A stretch of 64,000 bases of DNA from Mytilus trossulus (Eukaryota): NCBI RefSeq assembly GCF_036588685.1, contig NC_086386.1:19406001-19470000 (forward strand), in the 5' to 3' direction. Position 1 is the stretch's first letter. Each line of letters begins with the position of its first letter. Of the stretch, positions 51,540 to 64,000 are shown piece by piece. The position numbers and the translations under genes are program-made. The notes beneath the pieces are model-generated. The model searched no databases. It worked only from the letters and a program-made list of their open reading frames with translations, and was not told the origin of the DNA.

Positions 51540-51803
51540 CATACCTGCCAAGTTTTAAAACTGCCCATGGGGGTTTTGCGTGCAAGATGGCTGTCATACA
51601 CTTAAACAAAATTGAAGGGGGCCTTCAAATACCGTGTTATGTTGGTTTTTTTGGCTTTTTCATACTTTTATACATGTAAGTCTTAATTCATTGTTAAATT
51701 GATTGTTTTGTTAAAATTTTGTACATAACTGCTCTTTAAAAATTTCAATTTGGGAGCCTCCATGGGAGAAATCCCCCGCAAATAGTGACAGTTGGCAGGT
51801 ATG
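51540..51803. mobile_element. hAT-like MITE
   Basis: TIR CATACCTGCCAA/TTGGCAGGTATG; GCGTTGAT on both flanks (left copy offset by CATG). Confidence 0.8.
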
Positions 51804-52544
51804 GCGTTGATTGACATTTATGTAATAGAAACTGTTCAAATTGAGAGAACTGACCAAACTTGCTCTAGGGTATCCACAGTCAAATCATAAATGATAGTAG
51901 TGCTAGTTCAAAAAGAAGTCTGTCTTATAATTTAAAAATAAGGTGATGTGGTTATATTGCAAATGAGAGGAGTAGTATCAATAAAGACCAAGGAACAAAG
52001 ATATGAATAAACACAGGTGACCATAAGTACTTCAACAAAATGCAAAGTATGTATTACAAGCAGCGAACAGCCTCCCTGGATGACAAAATGTGAAAAAGAA
52101 AACCATTGGCCTGATTTACCAGTATACAAAAATGAACCAAAAAACAACCTTGTGTAGCAAACACCAATCTATAAGGATTCAGGCTCCTGTCTTGGGACAT
52201 GCATGTTAGGGTTTTAATAATTTGTATACACTCAACTCTTCTCATATTAAACTGGCACATATGCATAGCATTAGACCTTAAAAGTGAAATAACAGAAATA
52301 ATGAACTCTTTGGAAAATTCAAAACAGAAAGTCCTTGCAACAAATGACAAAATCAAAAGCTCAAACACATGGAACCAATGGTTAACGACAGTCATATTCC
52401 TGACTTGGTACAGGCATTGAAAAAGGTGGATCAAACTATGTTTAGTAGCTATCTAAACCTCTCATTTGTATGACAGTCACTTAAAATTCCATTATGTTGA
52501 CAATACTGTTTGCAAATCAAATCGACATTATAGGTAAAAATGTC

Positions 52545-54317
52545 AACTAGAGTGCACACGCTGAAATGTCTCGCCTTCTTTACTACAATCCATGATTGAT
52601 ATTATGTTGATTGTCTCACATTGAAATTTTACTACAACTATCACATAAAATGAACATGATCAAAGAAAATGAGGTCACAGTCATGTAAACCAAAGGATAA
52701 ATATATGTACACCTTACAATCAGCCTATACACTAAATATAATTGACCTATTGGATATAGTTTTCAAGAAACAGACTTGACCAAGAAAATTAAACATGACC
52801 AATCAACTATCATAGTCTCTGAAAATGAGGTCAAGGTCAGATGAACCATACTAGGCAGACAAGTACAGCTTGCAATCCTTCCAAACAACACATATAGTTG
52901 ATATATTGCTTATAGTTTAGGAAAAAGACCAAAACACAAAAACCTACTACTGAGCAATAAACTGAAAATGAGGTCAAGGTCAAATAAATAATGGAAGACT
53001 GACATATACATCATACACCAAATATAGTTGACCTATTGCATATAGTATTAGAAAAAAAGACCCAAAACTTTACTTTGACCACTGAACCATGAAAATGAGA
53101 TCAAGGTCAGATGACAGCTGCTAGTTGGACATGTACACATCACAATCATTGCATACAACAAATATAGTAGACCTATTGCATACAGTATAGAAAATCAGAC
53201 TAAAACACAGAAACTTAAAAAACTATAACCAATGAACAATGAAAATGAGGTCAAGGTCAGAAGACACCTGCCCGTTGGACATTTACACCTTACAATCCTT
53301 CCATACACCCTATTACTTAAAGTATCTGAGATATGGACTTAACCACCAAAACTTGAATTTGTTCACTGATCTATGAAATGAGATGGAGGTCAGGTGAAAA
53401 CTGTCTGACCAGCATAGGGACCTTGCAAGGTATGCACATACCAAATATATTTTTCCTATAACTCACCATAAGAGAGAAATAAACATTACAAAATTCTTTA
53501 CTTGTTTGCCAGTTGTCCCTGACCCATGAGAATAAGGATCAGGACAATGAACATGTGACAGAAGGAAACATTGTAACATAAGGCATATATATACAAAATA
53601 TAAAGCATCCAGGTGTTCCACCTTCTAAAACATAAATCTTTTAAGAAGTAAGCTAACGCTGCAGTTGTTGCCACTGTGACCACCAGATCAATATCCCTAT
53701 GTTTTACTTCTTGCGACAAAAGGAGTAAGTTCGGTAAGGGCCATATTTGGCCCCAATTATAAAGTTCATAGTTACAAGACAATAAATGTTTTTAGTTGCC
53801 TTAAAGACATGTTAGAAAGTTAAACAGAACTGTGTTTGTCAAAGTTTAATTCTAACACGTTGATTTTTACATCCAAAAAAGGTCAAGATAAGGGATTTTG
53901 GTGAAATTTGACAAAATCAGCTAGATTTCAACCAAATAAAGGACCAGGAAACATAGAGCGCAGGCGTCGACAAGCTTAAGATTCAAATAAGACATGTGAA
54001 ATGTCTCCACAAACATTATTTTAAAAGATCGTTGTTGTCAACGTATGCGCTCTATGTTTCCTGTCCAATAATCTATGGAAATTCACCCATTTTTATTGAT
54101 TTTTACTTGAAAAATCAATATGAGTACAACTTGTGACGTCATAATGAAATGCAGAAATGTAAAATTTTCAACAAAATGGTTTATATCCTAGCTAGTCCAT
54201 GTATTAGCTATAATTTATCGTGATATTGGTCGATAAATCCAAATTTGAAATTTACACTAAAAAAGGGGGCCATTTTAGGACCTTATCGAACATACTCCTT
54301 TGCAGGCTTGACAAAAA
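52545..54317 (-). mobile_element. HINE-type element with ~130-145-bp internal tandem array
   Basis: AACTAGAGTGCACACGCTGAAATGTCTCGCC end, GAAAATGAGGTCAAGGTCA recurring about 6 times, GACAAAAA other end. Confidence 0.75.
53721..54299. mobile_element. MITE with ~35-bp TIR nested in the HINE end
   Basis: AGGAGTAAGTTCGGTAAGGGCCATATTTGGCCCC versus GGGGCCATTTTAGGACCTTATCGAACATACTCCT. Confidence 0.8.
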
Positions 54318-55192
54318 TTGGGGTACAACAGTCTCTAAACGAAATTGCACAACAAATTTTAAATTGAAACCTCAAGTCTTTGAAATAAAGTTCATCTGAG
54401 TATTGAGCAGAACCTCGTAAACTTATGTTGACTAATGAACCAAGAAAATGGGGTCATGATCAGGATTGCAAGACTAACACAGTCTCCTTACAATCATTCT
54501 ACACACCAAATTTATAAACATATACTAAAATTCTGTACTACCCCTACCTACATTTTGAGCCATCCTAAGAATTCAATTATAACCCCTACCATGTGTTTTT
54601 ATACTGGTAACATTCCCTTTTTTTGTCTCTATGAAATGAATCCTATAAATCAAATCTGGGAACCAGTATTTAAACAAAAAAAATTATCTATGAACATTTT
54701 ATATCTTCCCAAAAGAAACGTAGCTTGTGAAACAGCTGTGATTACAAAGTATTGTGCAATCATCAGATTCCGAGTTTCTCTATTTTTGGGACACCTTTAC
54801 ATGTTTGATTGTGATTTGCTTAAAGTCAAGTGGCATGTACTTAGTGCATATTTAGGAAAAGTAATTTGTTTGACAATCCTTTACAAATCAACCAATTGTA
54901 AAGCAAAATGAACCTGATGTTCAGTAGATGTTGTTTGTTGATGTGATTCATAAGTGTTCATTTTTGTTTCTTGTTTTTTATATAGATTAGACAGTTATTT
55001 TTCTGGTTTGAATGGTTTAACACTAGTCATTTTTGGGTCCCATTATAGATTGCTGTTTCGTCTGAGGGACAACCACCGTTTTGAAGACTGTACTTAAAAC
55101 TATAATTGTTTTTCTTTTACAAATTGTGACTTGGATGGAGAGTTGTCTCATTGTCACTCATACCACATCTTCTTTAACCTACTAACTAAGTT

Positions 55193-56200
55193 ACTATACT
55201 AGATTTTTATACCCCTAAATTGACAACACTTATACTAGATTTGTATACCCCTAAAATGACATCACTTATACTAGATTTATATTCTGCTAAATTGACAACA
55301 CTTATACTAGATTTTTATACCCCTAAATTGACAACACTTATACTAGATTTGTATTCTGCTAAATTGACAACACTTCTACTAGATTTTTATACCCCTAAAT
55401 TGACAACACTTATACTAGATTTTTATACCCCTAAATTGACAACACTTATACTAGATTTGTATTCTGCTAAATTGACAACACTTATACTAGATTTTTATAC
55501 CCCTAAATTGACAACACTTATACTAGATTTGTATTCTGCTAAATTGACAACACTTCTACTAGATTTTTATACAGTAAATTGACAACACTTATACTAGATT
55601 TTTATACCTCTAAATTGACAACACTTAAACTAGATTTTTATACCCCTAAATTGACAACACATATACTAGATTTTTATACCACTAAATTGACAACACTTAT
55701 ACTAGATTTTTATACCACTAAATTGACAACACTTATACCAGATTTTTATACCACTAAATTGACAACACTTATACCAGATTTTTATATCACTAAATTGACA
55801 ACACTTATACCAGATTTGTATACCACTAAATTGACAACACTTATACCAGATTTGTATACCCCTAAAATGACAACACTTATACTAGATTTGTATACCCCTA
55901 AAATGACAACACTTATACTAGATTTGTATACCCCTAAAATGACAACACTTATACTAGATTTTACACCCCTAAAATGACAACACTTATACTAGATTTTACA
56001 CCCCTAAAATGACAACACTTATACTAGATTTGTATACCCCTAAAATGACAACACTTATACTAGATTTGTATACCCCTAAAATGACAACACTTATACTAGA
56101 TTTGTATACCCCTAAAATGACAACACTTATACTAGATTTGTATACCCCTAAAATGACAACACTTATCTACACTTTTATACATTAAATTGACAACACTTTA
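55193..56200. repeat. 36-bp minisatellite, about 27 copies
   Basis: Unit ACTTATACTAGATTTTTATACCCCTAAATTGACAAC. Confidence 0.95.
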
Positions 56201-56530
56201 CTAGGTTTTTGTAACCTATGAGTATGATTTCAAGTATAAAGCTGGAAATATTACATCGCTGTATAAGAAAACATTTATGTATGAAGCAACAAACAACTGT
56301 ATAATAAAAACATTTTATTTTAAAATACCAATATTTTTCTTTAATTCAAAAGTAAAATGGTCAGTATGTCCAGTGTTTATGGTGATAACATAAATTACAT
56401 ATCACATTTTAATAATTTGCATAAACTTAAATGACAAATGTAAGTAGACACAATAGATATAATAAAGTAACACTCCATCAACACGTCCCTGAAATCTGGT
56501 ACCCATTATCCAATAATTGTATACTGTTAC

Positions 56531-56797
56531 AGCTGATTTCCTAATGCATGTAAAGCAAGACATTGGTTGCTTTGTTTGTATTATTGTTTATACAAGCTTT
56601 GTAATTAGGATTACCATTTTTAAACAACATCTATAGGCATAGCTTAACCTGTATATATTATATTTAAATTAGATTTGAATTTATTCCTATTACAATTATA
56701 CAGTATACAAACAAAGCAAGCAATTTAACCAATTTAAGCAAAAAAAAAAAAAAAAAAGCAATTTAAGTCGCGCTTTACATGCATTAGGAAATTAGCT
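56531..56797. repeat. Foldback inverted repeat
   Basis: AGCTGATTTCCTAATGCATGTAAAGC pairs with GCTTTACATGCATTAGGAAATTAGCT; inner arm TTGCTTTGTTTGTAT/ATACAAACAAAGCAA. Confidence 0.85.
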
Positions 56798-57903
56798 TTA
56801 ATGGAAATCTGATTTTCATATAATTTTATAGGATATATGGGTAGGAACCTGTATGTTTGCAGATTATTACTAGAACTGATACAAGTCGAAATACATAATG
56901 TTACAATAAATTGACAAACTATGTATAATGCACACCCTAATATTACATGTTATACTTTTTTAAATGAAGTTGTTTTTACCCAACTAACCCCTTTTTTCTA
57001 TCTGATCTGAGTTAATGAAATAAATGAAATAATTAGTTCATGAAAATATTAGAGAGTTAAATAAACAAAATTATTTTGCTTCCTGAATTATGAAAACCTG
57101 ATAAGGTTTTGATTTTTGATTCACAAAAAAAAAATGACATATCAATCAACCTAGACTTAAAAATAAACATATGATCTATATATAAATTTACAAGATGTTA
57201 TTTCATACGATCAAAAACCAGCATACCCTTCAAATTTAAATATTGATTTATTTAATTCAAAATATAACAATTATCAAAAATTAGTGAGTTATCTCCCCTT
57301 TTCATAAAATGCTATTGTAAGATTTGAATTATTTATATGCAATTAACTAGAGAATAAAAAAAAACTATGTCACCAAACAAATCTAATCTTATTAAAAAGT
57401 TGTAAAAGTGATGATCCCTCAGGTTGAAGATGTCAACAAGGGATACAGTTCTATTTGAAAATTTCATAAATAAAAGAAGTTGATCAAAATTACATGGTAA
57501 ATGATCATACCGACTAGTATCTAGACATGACTGGATGAGTTACATCTACAGTATAACATTTGTACTTATGAACAATTATACAAAATTAAAAGCATGGAAT
57601 TTATTGCATTAATTGGTCCCACAGAAACAGATAATGTTATATCAAATGTAATATTAAATAAATTTACTGTGATTAAGTCATACTATGGGTTTCATGTTGG
57701 ATTGAAAATTTGTAAAGTTTGTTGAACAGTTCTGAGAAAAATTCAAATTTAAAATATTTTGATAATCCATAAAAATTCTTTTATGAGAAACACTAACTCT
57801 CAATTGTAAAATGATTTCGGTACAGAACTGCAGATTGAATTGTTATGTGTCTGTTCAACATTAAATAAAATTTGTCTCAAATATCCGTAATAGTGGTTAC
57901 CAA

Positions 57904-58115
57904 TACTGTGGATTCAAAATTATTTGTTGGATACCAATTTCCGTGGATTTAATGGGTACAGCTGAAACACAGAATTAAATGTTTAGCAAATGTCAAATTT
58001 TCTATAGTTGTGTATGCAAACTTCCGCAAAACCAAGAAACTAAATATTCACAAAAATGTGATTTTTCCTTCATCCACGAAAATTGGTACCCCCAAAAATA
58101 AATGAATCCTCAGTA
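57904..58115. mobile_element. MITE TACTGTGGATTCA...TGAATCCTCAGTA family
   Basis: TIRs; relatives at about 26584-26776, 59233 and the DIRS-interrupted copy starting at 39069. Confidence 0.75.
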
Positions 58116-61100
58116 GTATGCAATTCAAGCCTAAACTCTCACATCACAAAGTTGAATAAAAGTATTTAGCAGAAGCCACAATAAGACATGAACACATTAA
58201 AAATTGTCAAAGATAGAAATGAGCAAACCTCAGTGGAATGTATAAGATGGACACTCAAAATATTTGACGAAATTAGTTTTTATTAATCTTGCTTCCTATA
58301 ATGGCAAATGTACAACATTTAACTGATGATGAACAAGTTACTGTGTCTAAAATGTCTAGGTAAGTGATATATGCAATTAGTGATGGCATCATGCCGTTAG
58401 GCTTATACAGTGCTAACACCAATATCTAAACTATCTGAATTGATATGTAGTGACCTGTTTTTCAAAGAATTGGAAAACAGACAAAGCTTATAAATGAACT
58501 TATGTTACAACTCATACCTTTTGAGCTGTTGACCAACTATGAGGTTATTCTGTTAAGTTGTTTCTGACAAAAATGGGAAGAAAACATATTTCCTGGATGA
58601 ATTGAGGGTCAAATGATATGATTGCAAATTAATTATATCTCACAGACACATAATTGAAAGGCTTCAACATTACTTGCTTTTTATTTATATAAAATAAGAA
58701 TGATATTATCTAAAGCTAAACAAAGGAGATGTGGTATGATTGCCAATGAGACAACTAATTACCAGTACCTGATACCAAATGTATGTAAAGCTAAACAAAG
58801 GAGATGTGGTATGATTGACAATGAGACAATTATCTACTAGATGTATGTAAGGCTTTATAAAGGAGATGTGGTACAATTACCAATGAGACAACTATCTACT
58901 TGTACCAGAAACCAAATAAAATTAAGAATAGAAATAGGGGAGGTGTCAAAGAGACAACAAGCCATCCAAAGAGCAGAAAACAGCCCAAGGTCACCAATGA
59001 ATCTTCAACACAACAAGAAAATCCCTCACATGGAGGTGGGCTTCAACTTCAAGTGTATGTAACATCAAAGGTCACCTGTAACTAAACGTAATCTGTTTTG
59101 ACTGTAATAGCGATCACACATGCAATGCAGAGTTTTCATTTCATGTTACCAAATCAATATTTTAATATTGTTGTACAACTATCTATCAAATATAGCTCAA
59201 CAAAACAGCACTTTATCAGTTAAAATCTAAATAACTGTGGATTCATTTATTATTTGTTAGTTATCAATTTTCGTGGGTACAGGTAAACTATGAATTAAAA
59301 TGTTCATCTTATTACAATTTTTTCTATAAGATTGTATGCACTTTAGAAAAAACATGAAATTAAGTATTCATGAAGATGCATTTGCCTAAATCTATGAAAA
59401 AGTAGCGAAAATATTAAAACAGATTCTTCCTCATTGAGGTAATAAAAAGAAAGAATAATTTTAGATTAGAGGAACTATCTATCTATACACAAATGTTTAT
59501 AGCATCATTGCTTTAAATTCAACAACTATACAAATACAAGAAGAATCTTAAGTGTTTGATTGTCAAACGAAAAGTCAGGTCATGGATTATCAACTTGAAC
59601 ACAAATTACGATTATTATGCGACACAATAGCCAAAATTTGTCAGTTCTACAAATTTCCCTTACTGAGCAGGAGTTCCATACGGCACCCCAGAAAAAACAC
59701 AATTATACCTTACAGTTTATACGCACAGGGTCGGAACCAGCCATTTTAAAAAGTGAGGATCCTAACCCAGGATAAACAGATAAAGGAGGGGGTTCCAACC
59801 ACATGTCCCCATTCAAATGCATTGATCATCCAAAAAAATAGGAGGGTTCCAACATGCACAGTTGCAAGTTTTATGCACAATACATTGTTTAAACAAGGGC
59901 CCCAGATAGCTTCAAATGGTTTGTATTGTAAAAAAGAGTTGTGCAATTTGAGAACTTATCTGGATGGGAATAAAAGCGATTAGGTGTATTCCAAGGGGTT
60001 GCCATATGGAAGCGTCTTCAATAACTGTAATTAAAATTACATTCCCTAAATAATTTTCATTTCTGAAATCTAGAACAACAAAACTTCTTGAACTTTATAT
60101 TCATTATTTAATTACTATTTCTGTTCTACTTCTTGTATCAATCATTCTTGAAAGAGATTAATTTTCAAGCAAATTTTGCATAATGAGCAAAAGGTAGAAA
60201 ATGTTTAAAATTATTTAAATGATCAGAGCTTTTATGGTTCTTCTTATCTGAATATAAACCTATAACTATGTCAGTGGTAAATTTTCTATATATATACTTA
60301 TTATTCTATAATGGGACTTTTGATTTAGCATTTCACAACTGCTTCAATGCTGAATTGTAAATTAACGATCAGAACAAATGGATTTTTTTACTTGTAAAGT
60401 TTAATATTTGTAGAAACAGCATAAAATGGATAGCTATATACTTGTTATTGAAAAATTCATGATTTCTTTAAAAGATTATCATAGAATTATAAATGCATTT
60501 CTTCATAAGAGGAAATCTTTAGCAAAATTCTCACATATAAATGACACATGAATGTATAATATTGTTTACAAATATAGGTGGGATTTTTTTTAAAACTAAA
60601 TGGATAAGATGCATAATCACACTGTTATAGAATATATATATAAAACAATTGTGTGAATAATTCAATGAAACTAAAATATTACCTGTCGTAAACTTTCACA
60701 CCCTCACAATAAATACACATTTTACATTATAACATATAAATATATCTTTCATTTAACAAATATATACAGCAAATTTATAACAACTCACACATACACACAA
60801 CTATAGCACTAAATGAAATATGTAAGCTATGTTTCTATTGGTTAAATATATGATAGAGATCACATGATACCTGCACAAGAAACATTTGGTTAATCATATG
60901 ACACATCACATGATACAAATAAATTAAATAAAATTATAAACTAATCACAAAAACCCAAATCACTGGTTTGATAATATTACAGAACATTAAATATGCCACT
61001 AACACAATTAATGGCTGGATTCCTGATATGATTTGCATAACAAAATATGTCTACAATTCTTCTTCTCATAGTACGTTCCTCCTCTCTTGGAGCACCCAAG

Positions 61101-62527
61101 ATACAGGGTCATGAAAAGTCAAACCCCTTTATTAATCAAAACAAAAATTATCTTCTCTGCCTATTTTTTTGGTTCTTTTCACTCTTTCTTTCACTGTTCA
61201 TACTTGTAATTTGAAGCTCCCATTTATTATGTTTATATTGTAAAAACTGAAAATGTGAATTTTATTCAATAAAGAGATTTTTTTTTTATTTTCAAGTAAA
61301 TCTGATGCTCATTTTTATTTTCACAGCATATTATCCTTGGACAATACTCTTTACAATAGTTATAAAATGGTGTAAATGATAAAGAATTCAACAGTTTACA
61401 ATTAAAAGCTACAGTTTGTCTACATTAAAACTCATATAGAAGTACTGGGAATTATTGCTTTCCCTGGTGGTGAAAACAATTGCTGCTGAATATCCTATGT
61501 TAAATATTTCACAAATTTCTAGACACGACTATATTTATAGTAAAATGATATTTTTAATATATTCTGATTTATTTATTCTAAAAACTACAAGAATTGTGAA
61601 TACCTCTTTTACATAATGTCAAAATAATTACTAAATGTACGCATAACATGAGCGACAGTGATAAGTTGAGTTTGTATGCATTAAATGAATAGAGATGATT
61701 TGTTTAATTTGTCTGTATCTTTGATGTTTTGATTTCAGATTCATATTTTATTATGCTGCTTATAATTATGACTATTGTAATTCCTATCACTATTAACAAA
61801 ATATGTAGGAATGAATTAATGCCCTAAAATATCAGAAACCTATTTTTTGCAAATATTTTACGTATTTTTTTTTATCTTTCTAAAGCCTAAATACAAATTA
61901 CTGCACAGATGTTTTTTGACTGCAGACACATGCACTTGTTTATTTCATTAAGCTTTTAAATGACTGCTATTATCCTCCCCCTTAAGTATATTCACAAATT
62001 GCTTTAGCTTGAAAAATAATTCAAATTCCATTTCTTTTCTGGAATAAAATCAACCCTGAAAGGTTAGACCGTATTGATTTTGTCCTCTTTTGCTTAGCAA
62101 TAGTTAATATTTTCATAATTTGATATATACAGTTATAAAATTCATAAACATGAAAACTTCATATCACAACTTTTGGTTGATTGTTTACTGCTAAAAAATT
62201 ATCTTGCAATATCCAACAATTGCAAAAGATAACTTTTTATATTTCTAATTCATAAAACTATTTTACAACTTAAAAATCTGAATCACAATTTAATTAAACT
62301 TTTAACAATATTCACAACAGCACACACAAGCTTAAAGCTTCTCTCCCATACCTATGTTTTTATCACTTTATATATGACATATGATGCATGTCCTAATAGT
62401 ATACATCTTTCATGATTTAACACAGTGAAACAGGTTAAGAAATCATGAAATGGTTAAAAATAAATGTACAAAATAAACAAAAAGAAACTGAAAGACATGG
62501 CATCAATGGATTTGTGTGAAGAAGTTA

Positions 62528-64000
62528 TCACATTTCTGTATGTTCATAACCAGAATTTACGTGAGACTTTCCATTTCTGAATGTCACATCACCGTTCCTC
62601 TGTCTCGTATGATTAGAGTCTGGGATGTTATTGGTAAGACCATTAATATCGTTTGTATCTTTGTCAATGATATCAGGACTAGTACTACAACTTGCCACAT
62701 TTCCGTCCTTTTCGTTCAGAGATCTTTCTTCCATTTCTCTCAGGTGTATCATTTCCTGCTCCTTCTCCCACAATTGAGCACGCACAATCTCATCTGGATT
62801 TATCGTCCTATGTAACACTCGAACTACAAATCTGTTAAAGACAAAATTAGTATAAATCAGCCATTAAAACATAAGCTTAAGATTGAGATGAAAAAAATGT
62901 AGGAAGTCTTATAACACTTTTAAAGAGACTCGACCAAACTAACGATTAATATTGGTTTACTTTCATTTGTAATCTTAAATACAAAAGAAGTGATAACTTT
63001 GTTAATGTATGTTCTTGACACTGGAAAATATTGTGCTGGCTTTATTTTTTGATAATTTCAGGATAAAAATAAAATTTGGAAAATATATCCTCGATTTAAT
63101 TTGAAGAGAGGTTATACTATTTCTGTCTTCACATTAGGGTGATTATACTATTTCTATCTCCACATTAGAGTGGTTATACTATTTCAATCTTCACATTAGA
63201 GAGGTCATCCTATTTCTATCTTCCCATTAGAGTGGTTATACTATTTCTATGTTCACATTAGAGTGGTTATACTATTTCTATCTCCACATTAGGGTGGTTA
63301 TACTATTTCTATCTTCACATTAGAGAGGTAATCCTATTTCTATCTTCCCATTAGAGTGGTTATACTATTTCAATCTTCACTTAAGAGTGGTTATACTATT
63401 TCTATCTTCACTTTAGAGTGGTTATACTATTTCTATGTTCACATTAGAGTGGTTATACTATTTTTATCTCCACATTAGAGAGGTAATCCGATGTCTATCT
63501 TCTCATTAGAGTGGTTATACTATTTCAATCTTCACTTAAGAGTGGTTATACTATTTCTATCTTCACTTAAGAGTGGTTATACTTTTTCTATCTTCACTTT
63601 AGAGTGGTTATACTATTTCTATGTTCACATTAGAGTGGTTATACTATTTCAATCTTCACATTAGAGAGGTAATCCTATTTCTATCTTCCCATTAGAGTGG
63701 TTATACTATTTCAATCTTCACATTAGAGAGGTAATCCTATTTCTATGTTCACATTAGAGTGGTTATACTATTTCTATGTCCACATTATAGTGGTTATACT
63801 ATTTCTATGTTCACATTAGAGTGGTTATACTATTCCTATGTTCACTTTAGATTGGTTATACTATTTCAATCATCACTTTAGAAGTTATACTATTTCTATC
63901 TTCACATTAAAGAGGTTATACTATTTCTATCTCCACATTAGAGAGGTACTTACCTTGGTAATAGACATGTCAACAAAGTTAAGAGGACAGTGATGAAATG
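62528..64000 (-). CDS. ATP10: 3' end of a P4-type phospholipid-transporting ATPase (ATP10-like); exons 63954-64000 (partial) and 62528-62831
   Basis: Spliced HFITVLLTLLTCLLPR|FVVRVLHRTINPDEIVRAQLWE...GYEHTEM*; AG|gtaagt donor and cag acceptor in phase 2; last TM helix followed by LLPRF...T..P is typical of ATP10-class flippases. Confidence 0.7.
63105..63947. repeat. 31-bp minisatellite, about 27 copies, in the last intron of the ATP10-like gene
   Basis: Unit AGAGTGGTTATACTATTTCTATCTTCACATT. Confidence 0.95.

Noticed and set aside
55220-55977. ORFs encoding repeated LTTLILDFYTPK
   Set aside because: Artefact of a 36-bp (multiple of 3) minisatellite; frameshifted, non-ATG starts, no splice context.
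63105-63947. CRISPR-like regular repeats (also 55193-56200)
   Set aside because: Head-to-tail units with no unique spacers, no cas genes, eukaryotic context.

Overview
AT-rich animal genomic DNA, not prokaryotic; the repeat content resembles a bivalve, probably Mytilus (inference). The + strand carries a complete ~16-exon gene (ATG 3946 to TGA 46973, about 790-804 aa) for an OTUD4/ALG13/Otu-family protein: OTU domain, Tudor domain, Pro-rich region, DLP..LRFFFNLG motif and a C-terminal PAM2-like motif, with no ALG13 glycosyltransferase domain. The last two coding exons of a convergent P4-ATPase (ATP10-like) gene lie on the - strand at 62528-64000. The introns are full of MITEs, Helentron-associated (HINE/DINE-like) elements, a canonical non-autonomous Helitron, an EnSpm-like transposase relic and minisatellites. 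The most striking item is a 5.6-kb ORF-less element at 39101-44698 with complete DIRS1-type end architecture: inverted terminal repeats with a perfect 168-bp core, a 31-nt right extension, an internal complementary region spelling the circle junction, and an ATTTT recombination core. In place of gag/RT/tyrosine recombinase it carries a five-unit array of covarying hairpins and host-like DNA with an internal poly(A). Other leads are a CpG-rich internal first exon giving an OTU-less isoform, a degenerate OTU catalytic site, and an in-frame extension past the stop codon. All homology calls come from remembered family motifs; no database searches were run.
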